A stretch of 64,000 nt of DNA, from sequence record PV730300.1. One strand, 5' to 3'. The notes below the pieces were generated by a model that saw only the letters and a program-made list of their open reading frames with translations, was not told the DNA's origin and did no database searches. This document shows, piece after piece, positions 37,185 through 46,612 of the stretch; position 1 is the first letter of the stretch; each line of letters opens with the position of its first letter. The position numbers were made by a program, and so were the translations under genes. This DNA comes from a phage.

Positions 37185-39428
37185 CTACATTTTACAGGCA
37201 CTACACCCTTCGTCTTCAGAATCTTCTTGTGCTAAAGAGTCTGCTGATTTTGTTCTACTATTAAGGTAATACAATGACTTGCCACCCAGTCTGGCAAAAT
37301 TCAGAATAAACTGCATCTCAGCTTTCACTGATAAACGTCCACCTACCAATTTAGAATAATCTAGCCAAGAATCACAAGAAATTCCTTGGTCCGTGAACTT
37401 GGTAAAGATACCATACATTTCTGCAAGATCTTTAGCCGGAGTATCCCAGGCGGATTGGTAGAACATTTTCAGTTTTTCGTAGTCTGGAACAATAAATAAT
37501 ACACTACCTTTCTGACTTTGTTTATACATAATAGTATCACGAACAGGATACAGAGAGTTAGTAGTATTGCTTACCAAACTGCTGGACTCATTAGGTGCAA
37601 TAGCAGCCAAGACACTGTTACGGATACCACCTTGTTCAATGATTTCAGCACGTAAGCCTTCCCAGTCCATTTTAAGATCAAAATTACCGATACTATCTAC
37701 TGTTTTAGCATAAGTGTCAATTGGTAGCCAACCTTGAGGCCATTTGGTTTTATCGATCCATTCCGCATTACCTTTTTCCTTAGCCAGACGCAGAGAGGCT
37801 TTTGCCAACCAAAAGTAATGACGTTCTGCAAGTTCATGCATTAATTTTTTAGCATAAGCATCTGAATAATTTACAAAATTGCTTGCCAAGTAATGCGCTA
37901 AGTTTGTAATACCTACACCAATAGATCTACGTGCTTTAGCAGTTATTTCGTTATGTTTAAATGGATAATCCATTGTTTCAATAACGTTGTCAATTGTCAA
38001 TACAGTGTAGTATGCAACATCCTCATATTCTTCAGGTAATACACGACCAGCAACAATAGAAGATAAGAAGCATAAAGCCAATTCTTGATCTTCTGTATTC
38101 TCACCAGTAAAGAGATCCGGCATACTGTGGAAAGCTTTAGTTGGTAAGAAGATCTCTTGACACAGGTTTGATTGATATACCGTATCCAGGAAAGGTGTAT
38201 GGTTGTTAACGTTGTCAGCAAAGAACATGTAAATACGTCCTGTTTCTGCACGTTGAACAATAATCTCTGTCAGAAGATCACGAGCCTTAACAAATTTTTT
38301 CTTAATGCGACGACGGCTTACTTTGTCATAAACTGCATCAAACTCTTCTTCACTTTTATACAAAGCTTCATAAAGTTCAGGAGCATCATCACAACTAACT
38401 AACATCCAGTCTTCGTTTTTTGCTGCTCGACGCAAGAACGAACGGTTAACAACAATAGAATAATCTAGTTTATCCACTCGTTTATCTATAGGTGTTGTTG
38501 GATTCTTCAGTCGAATCAGATCGTCGAAGTCTGGTTCAAGTATGGTAAAGGTAACTGTAGCACTACCTCCACGGCTTGCTTGCTTTGAAGCTCCAACACT
38601 ATCTTCCATCCATTTCAGATACGGAAGAAGACCACCGTGAATAATACGATTATTCTTAACACCTTGACCTGTGGCACGAGTTTGAAGATTAACACCAATA
38701 CCTGCGTTATTCAACGTATACTCATGAGCTAAGTAATTAGCAATGGCTAAAGACTCTGCTGTATCGTCTGCACGGAATAAACAACAAGACGCACTTCCTT
38801 TGATCGGAGTTCGTAGAGTTGTCAGATACGGCGATGGCAGATTAATCTTAAGATCGCTAACATAAGTATAAAGTTTTTTAATATCTTCTATACGGCGTTC
38901 TTTTGGTTGGATCTCCATAACCTTCATTGCGACACCAATGAAAAGAAACTGTGGAGACTCATGCACCACATCGTTTACTGCATCTCGAATAAGATATTTA
39001 TCCACCATTTGACGTAAAACAGAATAACCATAAGTTAGATTTTTATTATGCTTTACAATCTTACCGATTTCTTTGATCTCTTCATCAGTATAATCCATTT
39101 TAGCCCAATGACCACGTTCTACCATATCATGATAAAAGGTATTCAGTGAAGGGATACTGTGGTATCCCCCATGAGCCTGTTTGTAAATCATACCCAGAAG
39201 AAGTCTTCCTGCCATATCACTGTAAGCTTGTGTTTTCTTGTCAATACACGCTGCAATCATTGCTTTATGCAGATCACGTGTAGACACACCGTCATAACAC
39301 CGCTTCACAGCTTCTAATTCAATTTCAGACCAGTTTAGTTTACCTGCTGCAAATTCAGACCACTTGCGAAGTTTTTCTGGGTTAAACTCCTCTGTCTTAC
39401 CATTAGATTTAGTTACAAAACGAATCAA
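37185..39428 (-). CDS. nrdA: ribonucleotide reductase class I large subunit
   Basis: 747 aa; ATP-cone-like N-terminus; C-terminal CSACKM redox tail; TTG start after GGGAGGAG. Confidence 0.85.
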   Translation of the reverse strand: MIRFVTKSNGKTEEFNPEKLRKWSEFAAGKLNWSEIELEAVKRCYDGVSTRDLHKAMIAACIDKKTQAYSDMAGRLLLGMIYKQAHGGYHSIPSLNTFYHDMVERGHWAKMDYTDEEIKEIGKIVKHNKNLTYGYSVLRQMVDKYLIRDAVNDVVHESPQFLFIGVAMKVMEIQPKERRIEDIKKLYTYVSDLKINLPSPYLTTLRTPIKGSASCCLFRADDTAESLAIANYLAHEYTLNNAGIGVNLQTRATGQGVKNNRIIHGGLLPYLKWMEDSVGASKQASRGGSATVTFTILEPDFDDLIRLKNPTTPIDKRVDKLDYSIVVNRSFLRRAAKNEDWMLVSCDDAPELYEALYKSEEEFDAVYDKVSRRRIKKKFVKARDLLTEIIVQRAETGRIYMFFADNVNNHTPFLDTVYQSNLCQEIFLPTKAFHSMPDLFTGENTEDQELALCFLSSIVAGRVLPEEYEDVAYYTVLTIDNVIETMDYPFKHNEITAKARRSIGVGITNLAHYLASNFVNYSDAYAKKLMHELAERHYFWLAKASLRLAKEKGNAEWIDKTKWPQGWLPIDTYAKTVDSIGNFDLKMDWEGLRAEIIEQGGIRNSVLAAIAPNESSSLVSNTTNSLYPVRDTIMYKQSQKGSVLFIVPDYEKLKMFYQSAWDTPAKDLAEMYGIFTKFTDQGISCDSWLDYSKLVGGRLSVKAEMQFILNFARLGGKSLYYLNSRTKSADSLAQEDSEDEGCSACKM

Positions 39429-39444
39429 CTTCTCCTCCCTATTA

Positions 39445-39687
39445 TTAATGCATATTCAAAACATCTACATCATAACCGAACTTCATTTCATTAAAAAGTC
39501 CATTAGCATATAGAAAACCTTCAAAATGAGTTATGTCATCAAACCCTTTTGCTTTTGCTCGACGGTCTGCTTCTTGTCTTTTAGGAGATAAACGTTTTGA
39601 AGTGTCTAGAATTACAGTTACATTACAACCAACAGTTTCATCAAAATAGACTTCGATTTCACAGCCTTCATATTTATTATCAGTCAT
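39445..39687 (-). CDS. hypothetical protein
   Basis: Track ORF 39445..39699; start likely MTDNKY. Confidence 0.4.
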   Translation of the reverse strand: MTDNKYEGCEIEVYFDETVGCNVTVILDTSKRLSPKRQEADRRAKAKGFDDITHFEGFLYANGLFNEMKFGYDVDVLNMH

Positions 39688-39695
39688 TGTCCCTC

Positions 39696-40106
39696 TCATT
39701 GATTAGTATCATCTGCTTTCGCAGGATCATAAGAGTTACCGAAATCATCCATCTTAATATGTGACGCACCCCAACCTGTAAATTCTTCATCACCAAAATG
39801 AAAAATATCATTTTCTTGGTAGATTCGTTTAAAACCACAATTAGGTGAAACAGGGAAAGTGAAAAGCGTTGTATTTGCAAACACTACTCGCTTATCGTTA
39901 TTGCTTCGGATATTCACATTACGCTCAACAGAATAGTGTGAATCTTCAGCCATACCCAGCATTACAAGCGACGCTCTAATAACAGCATTTTGTTTCTCGT
40001 GTGGGATATTGCCATTGTGTTTATTTGATTCTAGTTTCCAGATAGGGGTAGACATTACAGTAGACATGCTTACGGTAGCCCAAGTTGTAGTATTTACTAA
40101 TGACAT
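39696..40106 (-). CDS. hypothetical protein
   Basis: Track ORF 39696..40139; start likely MSLVNT after AAGGAGAAAAT. Confidence 0.4.
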   Translation of the reverse strand: MSLVNTTTWATVSMSTVMSTPIWKLESNKHNGNIPHEKQNAVIRASLVMLGMAEDSHYSVERNVNIRSNNDKRVVFANTTLFTFPVSPNCGFKRIYQENDIFHFGDEEFTGWGASHIKMDDFGNSYDPAKADDTNQ

Positions 40107-40204
40107 ATTTTCTCCTTCGTTTTGAATGGGAGGACTCACCTCCTCCCAGTATTGTGCTATATTATACTAAAACTAATACTAAAGTCAATAACTATTTAAA
40201 CAGA

Positions 40205-41203
40205 TCACCATTTAGTATGATTTGTTAAAAGTTGACGATGTTGAATCCAGCCTTTGAAATTGCCAGACCAAAACTTACCATTACGATCTACATGGGTAAT
40301 ACCTGGTTCCCAAGAGTTAAAATCCCAAGGAGCATTGATAAACAAATCTTCAAAACAGTTCTCTCCATATTGTTCGCATGTTTCTTGCATTGGAGTGGCT
40401 TGATGTTCAAACGGAGAAGCATGAACCTTGCGCCCAGTCAGCAAACGACCATAGATATCTAAAGCTTTATCTTTAGTTGCATTCAAACGACGATAGCTAA
40501 CCTGTGCACAACACGAAGCTGAAATAGCTTTGGCTTCTTCCAAAGTAAGCACAACAACTTCTCCAGATTCATCTTGAACGTAGTATCCACCAAAAACAAA
40601 ATGATCGTCACCTTCTGTGCCAATATTATCATAGAAATGGTCTACATAAGGTGTGTGCCATTGCCCTGGTTTCAGCACCTCTGGTGTAGATTCTTCATAC
40701 TCTTTGTGCATATCTTTAGCCAAAGCTTCGATAGTAGGATCGGCTTCTTTGTCATCACGTAGCCACCAGAAATTTTCATATTCTGTTGCTGTCAGAACTG
40801 TTTTAATTCGTTGGAAAGGTTCTAGAAGACGGTTTGCAACTTGTTTGTGGTACCCTGCCAAAGAGAATTCTTCTGCAAAACGTGCTGCACTAAGCGCGGC
40901 AAGATCCCACCACTCTTGAGCAGTATAACCTGCATCAATAAGAGCGTCATGATCAACACCTTTATCCTGCATACCAGGTTGGTTAGCCCCAAAACGATAA
41001 GGACGAGCAGGTTGATTTCGCACCATTTCAATCAGTGTTTTAACAGGTATAGCACGGCTAGAAGCAGCATTACGACTGAACAGGCGGTGAGTCATCAATT
41101 CTGAATGAATAATACGTGGATATTCTAGTTCAAAAGTTACAATCTCTTTTCCGTCTTCAGTGATGGAATGCGCAATAATACTAGCCGAAATCTGTTTTGT
41201 CAT
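40205..41203 (-). CDS. thyX: flavin-dependent thymidylate synthase (ThyX)-like protein, atypically long
   Basis: THRLFSRNAASSRA matches the ThyX RHRxxxxxxxS signature region; 332 aa; RBS TAAGGAGAA. Confidence 0.6.
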   Translation of the reverse strand: MTKQISASIIAHSITEDGKEIVTFELEYPRIIHSELMTHRLFSRNAASSRAIPVKTLIEMVRNQPARPYRFGANQPGMQDKGVDHDALIDAGYTAQEWWDLAALSAARFAEEFSLAGYHKQVANRLLEPFQRIKTVLTATEYENFWWLRDDKEADPTIEALAKDMHKEYEESTPEVLKPGQWHTPYVDHFYDNIGTEGDDHFVFGGYYVQDESGEVVVLTLEEAKAISASCCAQVSYRRLNATKDKALDIYGRLLTGRKVHASPFEHQATPMQETCEQYGENCFEDLFINAPWDFNSWEPGITHVDRNGKFWSGNFKGWIQHRQLLTNHTKW

Positions 41204-41212
41204 TTTTTCTCC

Positions 41213-41821
41213 TTAGTTTTTAAAATTGTTCAAAGTGTTAAAAACATCCAAACATGTTAGCCACTGATCTTCTAAACCTGTGATCACAACATTTGGTTTT
41301 TTCTTTAGTTCTTCTAGATGGTTATCTTTATAAGGCGTATTAAAATATATTTTAACCACTTCATCTGGAAAATATAGTAGGTTATCAGCCCTGTCATCTA
41401 TTGCTATATCACAAGGCAATAAGTATTTTTCTTTCGTAGCAAAAAAGCCGTTACCAGATCCTTTGCTAAAATCAATCGTATCTAACGTTCTTAAAACATG
41501 CTTATGTTTAGAACTTAAGTGACCACCTTTTGTCACACTTGCGATCAAAAGATTGCTACCTTTCCTTGAAACATACTTTAAGAAATCCGGCATACCTGGA
41601 ACAAAACCCATTGTATCATAGAGATGAGGATTATCCAGAAATCCGTAAGGATCTATATTGAACTCCTCCCTGAAACCAGGAAAGTAGTTGGTAAGATCAT
41701 AGTCTGCATTTTTTGTGAATGTGTCTATCTTAACACCAAGTCCACTAATCTTATTCAACCATTCTAACCAAGCAACATCTAATGGAGCCACAACTAAATC
41801 CCAATCACATACTATCTGCAT
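41213..41821 (-). CDS. HAD-superfamily hydrolase, possible 5'(3')-deoxyribonucleotidase
   Basis: N-terminal CDWD (DxD) and IAIDDRADN (motif IV DD). Confidence 0.4.
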   Translation of the reverse strand: MQIVCDWDLVVAPLDVAWLEWLNKISGLGVKIDTFTKNADYDLTNYFPGFREEFNIDPYGFLDNPHLYDTMGFVPGMPDFLKYVSRKGSNLLIASVTKGGHLSSKHKHVLRTLDTIDFSKGSGNGFFATKEKYLLPCDIAIDDRADNLLYFPDEVVKIYFNTPYKDNHLEELKKKPNVVITGLEDQWLTCLDVFNTLNNFKN

Positions 41822-41857
41822 AAAACCTCCTCTCTCTTTTAGTATAGTTATCTTATA

Positions 41858-42433
41858 CTAACTTTCAATTTCCTGCAATAGGATTTTGACTATTTGTTTA
41901 CGGCGTTTTGCTACTGTGCTTTCAGGTTCTATTTTACGCTTCTTCAACCAAGCCTTATCTTTCTTAGCTCTACACAAAGCTATCGCTTCTTTTTCAGCTT
42001 TTGCTTCTTCAAAAGATATGCCTTGCTTGTCTGCATAAGCAAGAATAGAGTTGCACAATTTACAAACCATTCGCAAATCTTCTTCTTTCACATAGATCAA
42101 ACGGAAAACAAAAAGAGGGATATCATCAAAACATTGAAGTTGTTTTGCTGCGTGAATATGATCCACTTGGAAGTCTTTCATTCCTCCTCTATGTCCACAT
42201 ATTTCGCACTCACAATTCCAAACTTGTTTTGGTTTTCCAGTTTTCTTATCTATCATTACATTGCCGTCTTTATCTACACGATCAACTTTAAAACGCCTTG
42301 CATTGATAACCTTAATTTTATTAGGGTGTCTCATCCATGCTTTTCTAAAGCATCCCCTAAGATAAGTATAAAATTCAGCTTGTGTTTTCCAGGGTGTTCC
42401 TTCACCCCACATTATTTTTGGTTCACCTGCCAA
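41858..42433 (-). CDS. HNH endonuclease (free-standing, homing-type)
   Basis: CECEICGH ... QVDHIHA ... CKLCN HNH zinc-finger nuclease pattern. Confidence 0.6.
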   Translation of the reverse strand: MAGEPKIMWGEGTPWKTQAEFYTYLRGCFRKAWMRHPNKIKVINARRFKVDRVDKDGNVMIDKKTGKPKQVWNCECEICGHRGGMKDFQVDHIHAAKQLQCFDDIPLFVFRLIYVKEEDLRMVCKLCNSILAYADKQGISFEEAKAEKEAIALCRAKKDKAWLKKRKIEPESTVAKRRKQIVKILLQEIES

Positions 42434-42656
42434 TATTGCTCACCTTTTTAGCTGTATATTCCCCTGGTGGGATATTGTGTTTAAAAAACAAAAGGCGGTC
42501 TAACCCAGCCTTGCACATTGTTTCTGGAATAGTCAAAGTTAGTAAAAGTTTATCACCTTTTCGGTTGAATATTTTATAAACTTCTCCTGCTCCATATTGT
42601 TTAGTATTACTCGCCACTAATACGTTCCTTAAGTTGTTTAATAGCTTCGATTGCAT
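42423..42656 (-). CDS. hypothetical small protein (start uncertain)
   Basis: ORF track; overlaps both neighbours, true start probably internal. Confidence 0.25.
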   Translation of the reverse strand: MQSKLLNNLRNVLVASNTKQYGAGEVYKIFNRKGDKLLLTLTIPETMCKAGLDRLLFFKHNIPPGEYTAKKVSNIGR

Positions 42657-43002
42657 CTACATAAGAAGAGTTATACATGTGTTTCAGTGCTACTCGTACT
42701 AAAGGATCTTTTGTGAAGAAATCAATAAGAAGCATAGCTTGATCATGTTTAGCTGCATTTGTCATAGATGGATAATTTTCACGAACCATATACGTGTTAT
42801 TTTGCATAAGGGTTCTTTCTAGTTCAATACAATGAATAGCTTTATCTAGGTTAATCTGACGTTCACCTTTGATACGTGTTGCGTATTTTGCCAATTTGCA
42901 AAAACAAGGTGTGCCACCAACCAAATAAGCTAGTTCAATAGGTTGCATTGCCATTTTTGTGTAGTGATCACCGTCAACCTGATTATCAAAAGCATTAGAC
43001 AT
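42607..43002 (-). CDS. DUF3310-like phage protein
   Basis: N-terminal QVDGDHY...MQPIE motif as recalled for DUF3310; unverified. Confidence 0.35.
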   Translation of the reverse strand: MSNAFDNQVDGDHYTKMAMQPIELAYLVGGTPCFCKLAKYATRIKGERQINLDKAIHCIELERTLMQNNTYMVRENYPSMTNAAKHDQAMLLIDFFTKDPLVRVALKHMYNSSYVDAIEAIKQLKERISGE

Positions 43003-43258
43003 AATTTTCCTCCTGAATTCCTACTGCGCCGTCTTCTGGGTAGTCTGTATAATAAGCTACCCTACCTTGATAGATAACATCACCATCGCTATTGTAGATT
43101 GCTGTATCTTCTTGAATTGTTATTTCAACGTCAAGTAAATCTGGGTCTTTCTCGATGGTATAGTTCAAACCTAACATTTCAAACAGTTCGAAAATTTCGT
43201 TACCTGTTAATGTAATGCTCATATTTCCTCCTTTTATTGTGGTTAGCAGAGTATACAC
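42995..43258 (-). CDS. hypothetical protein
   Basis: ORF track. Confidence 0.4.
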   Translation of the reverse strand: MYTLLTTIKGGNMSITLTGNEIFELFEMLGLNYTIEKDPDLLDVEITIQEDTAIYNSDGDVIYQGRVAYYTDYPEDGAVGIQEENYV

Positions 43259-43308
43259 TAATATAAAATTTTTGTCAATAAAAAAGGGAGCAATAAGCTC
43301 CCTGATTA

Positions 43309-44268
43309 TTAGATTCCAATAATAGTTGCTGCTCGTTTATCCTTGGATCTGGTGTTTGCTCTACTACGTGACAAACCTCCACAAGATTCACAACGAATGA
43401 TATCGAAAGAACTTACCGCAGTGTGGTATTGCTTACCAGTAACAACGTGAACATGATCACTTCCGCAACGAGAACAACGGACTTTCTCATCTGGGTAATA
43501 AGCGGATAAGTTAGGATGTTGTGGAATCCACGGAAGGATTTTCATATACAAATCACGGAGTGAAACAACATCACCATCGTTGTAAATCTGCATACGTTCA
43601 AAAGCATCACGATCACCTTCACAACATGCTTTCCATAAAGGGAACCCCTCGTTATCCAGTTTTTCACTCTCTGTTTCGAAATATGCTCCCATTTCTTTAA
43701 GGGAGTTGGAAGGAAGTGCAAATTGTTTCTTAGCTGCCTTCAATGTATCAACAACTACATAATTAGAAGGAGGAGCCATATCGTGATATGCAAATCGTTG
43801 GTTAATGTATGCACGGTCAAACTTATACCCGTTGTGTGCCACAACTACATCTGCCTCATTCAGAAGGTTCCAAAGATCTTGGCAAAGCTCCCAATCATCT
43901 GTATGATCAATATCAAAAAGAGGATAAGAAGACAAATTCTTACCTTCCACTTCACCAGTATACAGATCAGCAGAAGAATAAGATAACAAATAACCTCTGC
44001 GAATTACCTGGTCTGGAGAAATGAAGGCTTTGAATCGACGGAAAGTATATGCAATCTCTGGTGCAGTTTCAACATCAATAATTTTAATAACTGGTTGTTT
44101 CTTTTTAACGGGTTCTTGTTTACTTCCACTGAAACGTGCAAGGAAATCATTTACTGTGCTTTTTCTTGTTGGGCTACCTAAAACAATTGCTGCAATATTG
44201 CGAGAAGACATACCCTCTGCACTCATACTAAGGATATCTGCTTTCTGCTCTTCTGTTAATCTGCTCAC
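43309..44268 (-). CDS. DnaQ-like 3'-5' exonuclease with N-terminal HTH and C-terminal zinc ribbon
   Basis: IIDVETAP (Exo I), VVAHNGYKFD (Exo II), YNDGDVVSLRDLY (Exo III); CSRCGS...CESCGG. Confidence 0.55.
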   Translation of the reverse strand: MSRLTEEQKADILSMSAEGMSSRNIAAIVLGSPTRKSTVNDFLARFSGSKQEPVKKKQPVIKIIDVETAPEIAYTFRRFKAFISPDQVIRRGYLLSYSSADLYTGEVEGKNLSSYPLFDIDHTDDWELCQDLWNLLNEADVVVAHNGYKFDRAYINQRFAYHDMAPPSNYVVVDTLKAAKKQFALPSNSLKEMGAYFETESEKLDNEGFPLWKACCEGDRDAFERMQIYNDGDVVSLRDLYMKILPWIPQHPNLSAYYPDEKVRCSRCGSDHVHVVTGKQYHTAVSSFDIIRCESCGGLSRSRANTRSKDKRAATIIGI

Positions 44269-45371
44269 TCTGCCTCCTGTTGTGAGATGTATGACTGAAG
44301 CATACTCTCAAATGTTGTATCGTCATTATCCCAGCGTTTCATGTATACCAACTGGAAAATTGTTTCTATCCATTCATCTGTTGTCATATGGACTTCTTCT
44401 CCATCCCAAGAAGTAAAATTAACACCATCTGGGAACCACGAGTAGTAAGTATCTTTAACTGTTTGGAAAAGCTCTGCTTGAGTTTTACAAGCTGAAAGAA
44501 GATTAAAACAAGTAATATCTCCAAACTTAATATCAAAATCTTGATAAGGTCGAATACTATCTGTTTTATCTCCCATTAGCATCTGATATGCTAACCAGTA
44601 ACTGCCCCAACCTTTAACTTCTTTCTTTTTACCTTTATCTACGATCCATATATCGCCAATAGACTCGTCAATAAGAATTATATCTGGATTTTTAAATACT
44701 CCATCCTCTTTGTAGAAATTAAAAAGGATACTAGGAGTATGTAAACTATCTTTATCTATAGACACTACGATATAAGAAAATTTACCCGTCCTTTTATAAT
44801 CTTTATAACCTTGGAAACCATACTTCTCTAACTCATCATCGGCTTCTATTACAGTAACAACATCACCATTGTGGAACTCCACAAGATAATCTTTGGTTTC
44901 TGAAAGCTGAAGTGGTTTGATATCTAATCGTTCAGATTTATATTCTACAGGCATTTTGAAGGCGTGTCTGAAAGTTTTTCCTACGCCAATAACTCCGCAA
45001 TATTTTTCTAAACGTAGATGTTTTAGAATACCTAAGACTTTTGTTTTAGCTGCTTGGAAGGTGTGTCCGATATCTTCTGGCGGGTATTGCTTATCAATGA
45101 TTTCGAACTCTTCCTTTGTGAAGGGACGTTTGTTTTTGGAGGCTCTTTCTGCATTTGTATCTCCTAGCCAACCTCCAATTTTAGTCTTGCTTTTACCCCA
45201 AAACTCTGTCTTATTTTTAAATTCCTTTTGAGCACCTGAAGGGATGTGCTTCGCAATGATTGTTCTTTTCTCTAATGCAGATGCTGCTTGGAAAGCGATC
45301 TGATCATAATCAATTGCAGCTATTGTTTCTTCGTTGACATATAAATGAAGATCTTCAGGTTTAATTAAAAT
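44265..45371 (-). CDS. rnh: T4-type RNase H / flap endonuclease (5'-3' exonuclease) with no canonical start codon
   Basis: IAAIDYDQIAFQAASA and GDKTDSIRP align to T4 RNase H; reading frame open from stop at 45396-45398 with no ATG/GTG/TTG until 44954; 5' end approximate. Confidence 0.55.
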   Translation of the reverse strand: MLIKPEDLHLYVNEETIAAIDYDQIAFQAASALEKRTIIAKHIPSGAQKEFKNKTEFWGKSKTKIGGWLGDTNAERASKNKRPFTKEEFEIIDKQYPPEDIGHTFQAAKTKVLGILKHLRLEKYCGVIGVGKTFRHAFKMPVEYKSERLDIKPLQLSETKDYLVEFHNGDVVTVIEADDELEKYGFQGYKDYKRTGKFSYIVVSIDKDSLHTPSILFNFYKEDGVFKNPDIILIDESIGDIWIVDKGKKKEVKGWGSYWLAYQMLMGDKTDSIRPYQDFDIKFGDITCFNLLSACKTQAELFQTVKDTYYSWFPDGVNFTSWDGEEVHMTTDEWIETIFQLVYMKRWDNDDTTFESMLQSYISQQEAE

Positions 45372-45395
45372 ATAACCGCTAATATTTCCCCCTAA

Positions 45396-45605
45396 TTATT
45401 CATCGTCATCCTCTGTTGAGAATGTTTTAGTATACGGACATTGACGACTTTTCGGGATTGCTATAACTTCATCTTGGTTAGCGTTAGAATAGTAGCAATA
45501 TTTTGTATTGCCATTAACTTCAGAATCAGACAAGATTAAAGTAATTTGACCTGCTGCTACTGTGAAACTAAAAGCTAAAAGAACGACTGTCAGAATCTTT
45601 TTCAT
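45396..45605 (-). CDS. small secreted protein (signal peptide)
   Basis: MKKILTVVLLAFSFTVAAG signal-like N-terminus. Confidence 0.45.
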   Translation of the reverse strand: MKKILTVVLLAFSFTVAAGQITLILSDSEVNGNTKYCYYSNANQDEVIAIPKSRQCPYTKTFSTEDDDE

Positions 45606-45677
45606 AACGCCTCCTAAAAAGCCTACCTCATTAAGTAGGTAGGCATAATATCATAACTAATCCCGCAAGTCAAGAAC

Positions 45678-46556
45678 TTATTTAAGGATTGTTGCTTTGG
45701 TTAAATCTTCCATCAGACCTCGAATCTCATTGAAGCACAGAAGGACTGAAGCTTCAATACTACCTTCTTCGTCTGCAAAATATTTCGGAAAACGTAGTTT
45801 AGAAAGTTTAAACTCTTTATCCACTACAAAATCTACAACACCATCATATTCAAGACCGATTGCAACCACATCTTTACCATCTTCTTTTAGTTCGACAGCT
45901 TTAGACTCGTATAGGGATTCTTTACTCCAAACAACAACGCCCTCGCTATCCTCCATTTTGATATAATTTCCGAGAGTAATACGATCTGCTTCGTGATTCT
46001 CCAACAATTCGCCAAAACCTTTTACAATAGCTTCTTCGTGCACACTAAAACCTACCGAAGGGAAAGTCCCCAGAACGGAACGGAGGAAAGAAGTAATCTC
46101 TTCTGCAACCTTTTTACTTCCATTAAGAACATAAAGAAGATTCGTAGTTTTATCCAAGACAACATAGTTAAAGAAATCTTCAGGTTCTGTTTCAGGCAAT
46201 AGTGCAAATTCAATATCTTCCTTCATCGCTTTGACTACTTCTTTATCGACATAAAACTCTTTACCTTCGCTCTCCATGTCCTGACGCATTTCTTCTAGAC
46301 GTTCATTCAGAATACGTTTAACTTTCTTTTTATCTACCTTCTTCACAGATTGACCTACATTAAGCAGTTCAAGATCTGAAAACTCTTTTACAAATTTAGA
46401 GTCATCTTCGAAACGAACAAGACCGATAGTGTGTGACTGGGAGCCTTCTGCTGTTACAAATTCCAGAGGAATATCTGTAATGCTGTTAAGGGATGCTACA
46501 GAAGCATTGTCACCAACAACCATAGGCAGAGCGGATTTAAAAGATTTTACAAACAT
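45678..46556 (-). CDS. rdgC: RdgC-like recombination-associated protein
   Basis: DKTTNLLYVLNGSKKVAEEITSFLRSVLGTFPSV aligns to the RdgC [33 protein letters not shown] region; similar length. Confidence 0.5.
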   Translation of the reverse strand: MFVKSFKSALPMVVGDNASVASLNSITDIPLEFVTAEGSQSHTIGLVRFEDDSKFVKEFSDLELLNVGQSVKKVDKKKVKRILNERLEEMRQDMESEGKEFYVDKEVVKAMKEDIEFALLPETEPEDFFNYVVLDKTTNLLYVLNGSKKVAEEITSFLRSVLGTFPSVGFSVHEEAIVKGFGELLENHEADRITLGNYIKMEDSEGVVVWSKESLYESKAVELKEDGKDVVAIGLEYDGVVDFVVDKEFKLSKLRFPKYFADEEGSIEASVLLCFNEIRGLMEDLTKATILK

Positions 46557-46612
46557 GTTTCCTCCTATTTAATACATCTCACATTACCGCCCATAAAGGG
46601 CGGCTTACAACA

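Noticed and set aside
37997-38402. ORFs 37997..38260 (minus, other frame) and 38172..38402 (plus) inside nrdA
   Set aside because: They overlap a gene with strong homology support, and their translations are low-complexity.
41894-42451. 185-aa plus-strand ORF
   Set aside because: Antisense to the HNH endonuclease gene; Phe/Cys/Ser-rich low-complexity translation.
45396-45605. Small secreted-protein ORF as the N-terminal part of the RNase H gene via readthrough
   Set aside because: It has a signal-peptide-like N-terminus and no similarity to RNase H; the two are in frame but are more likely separate genes.
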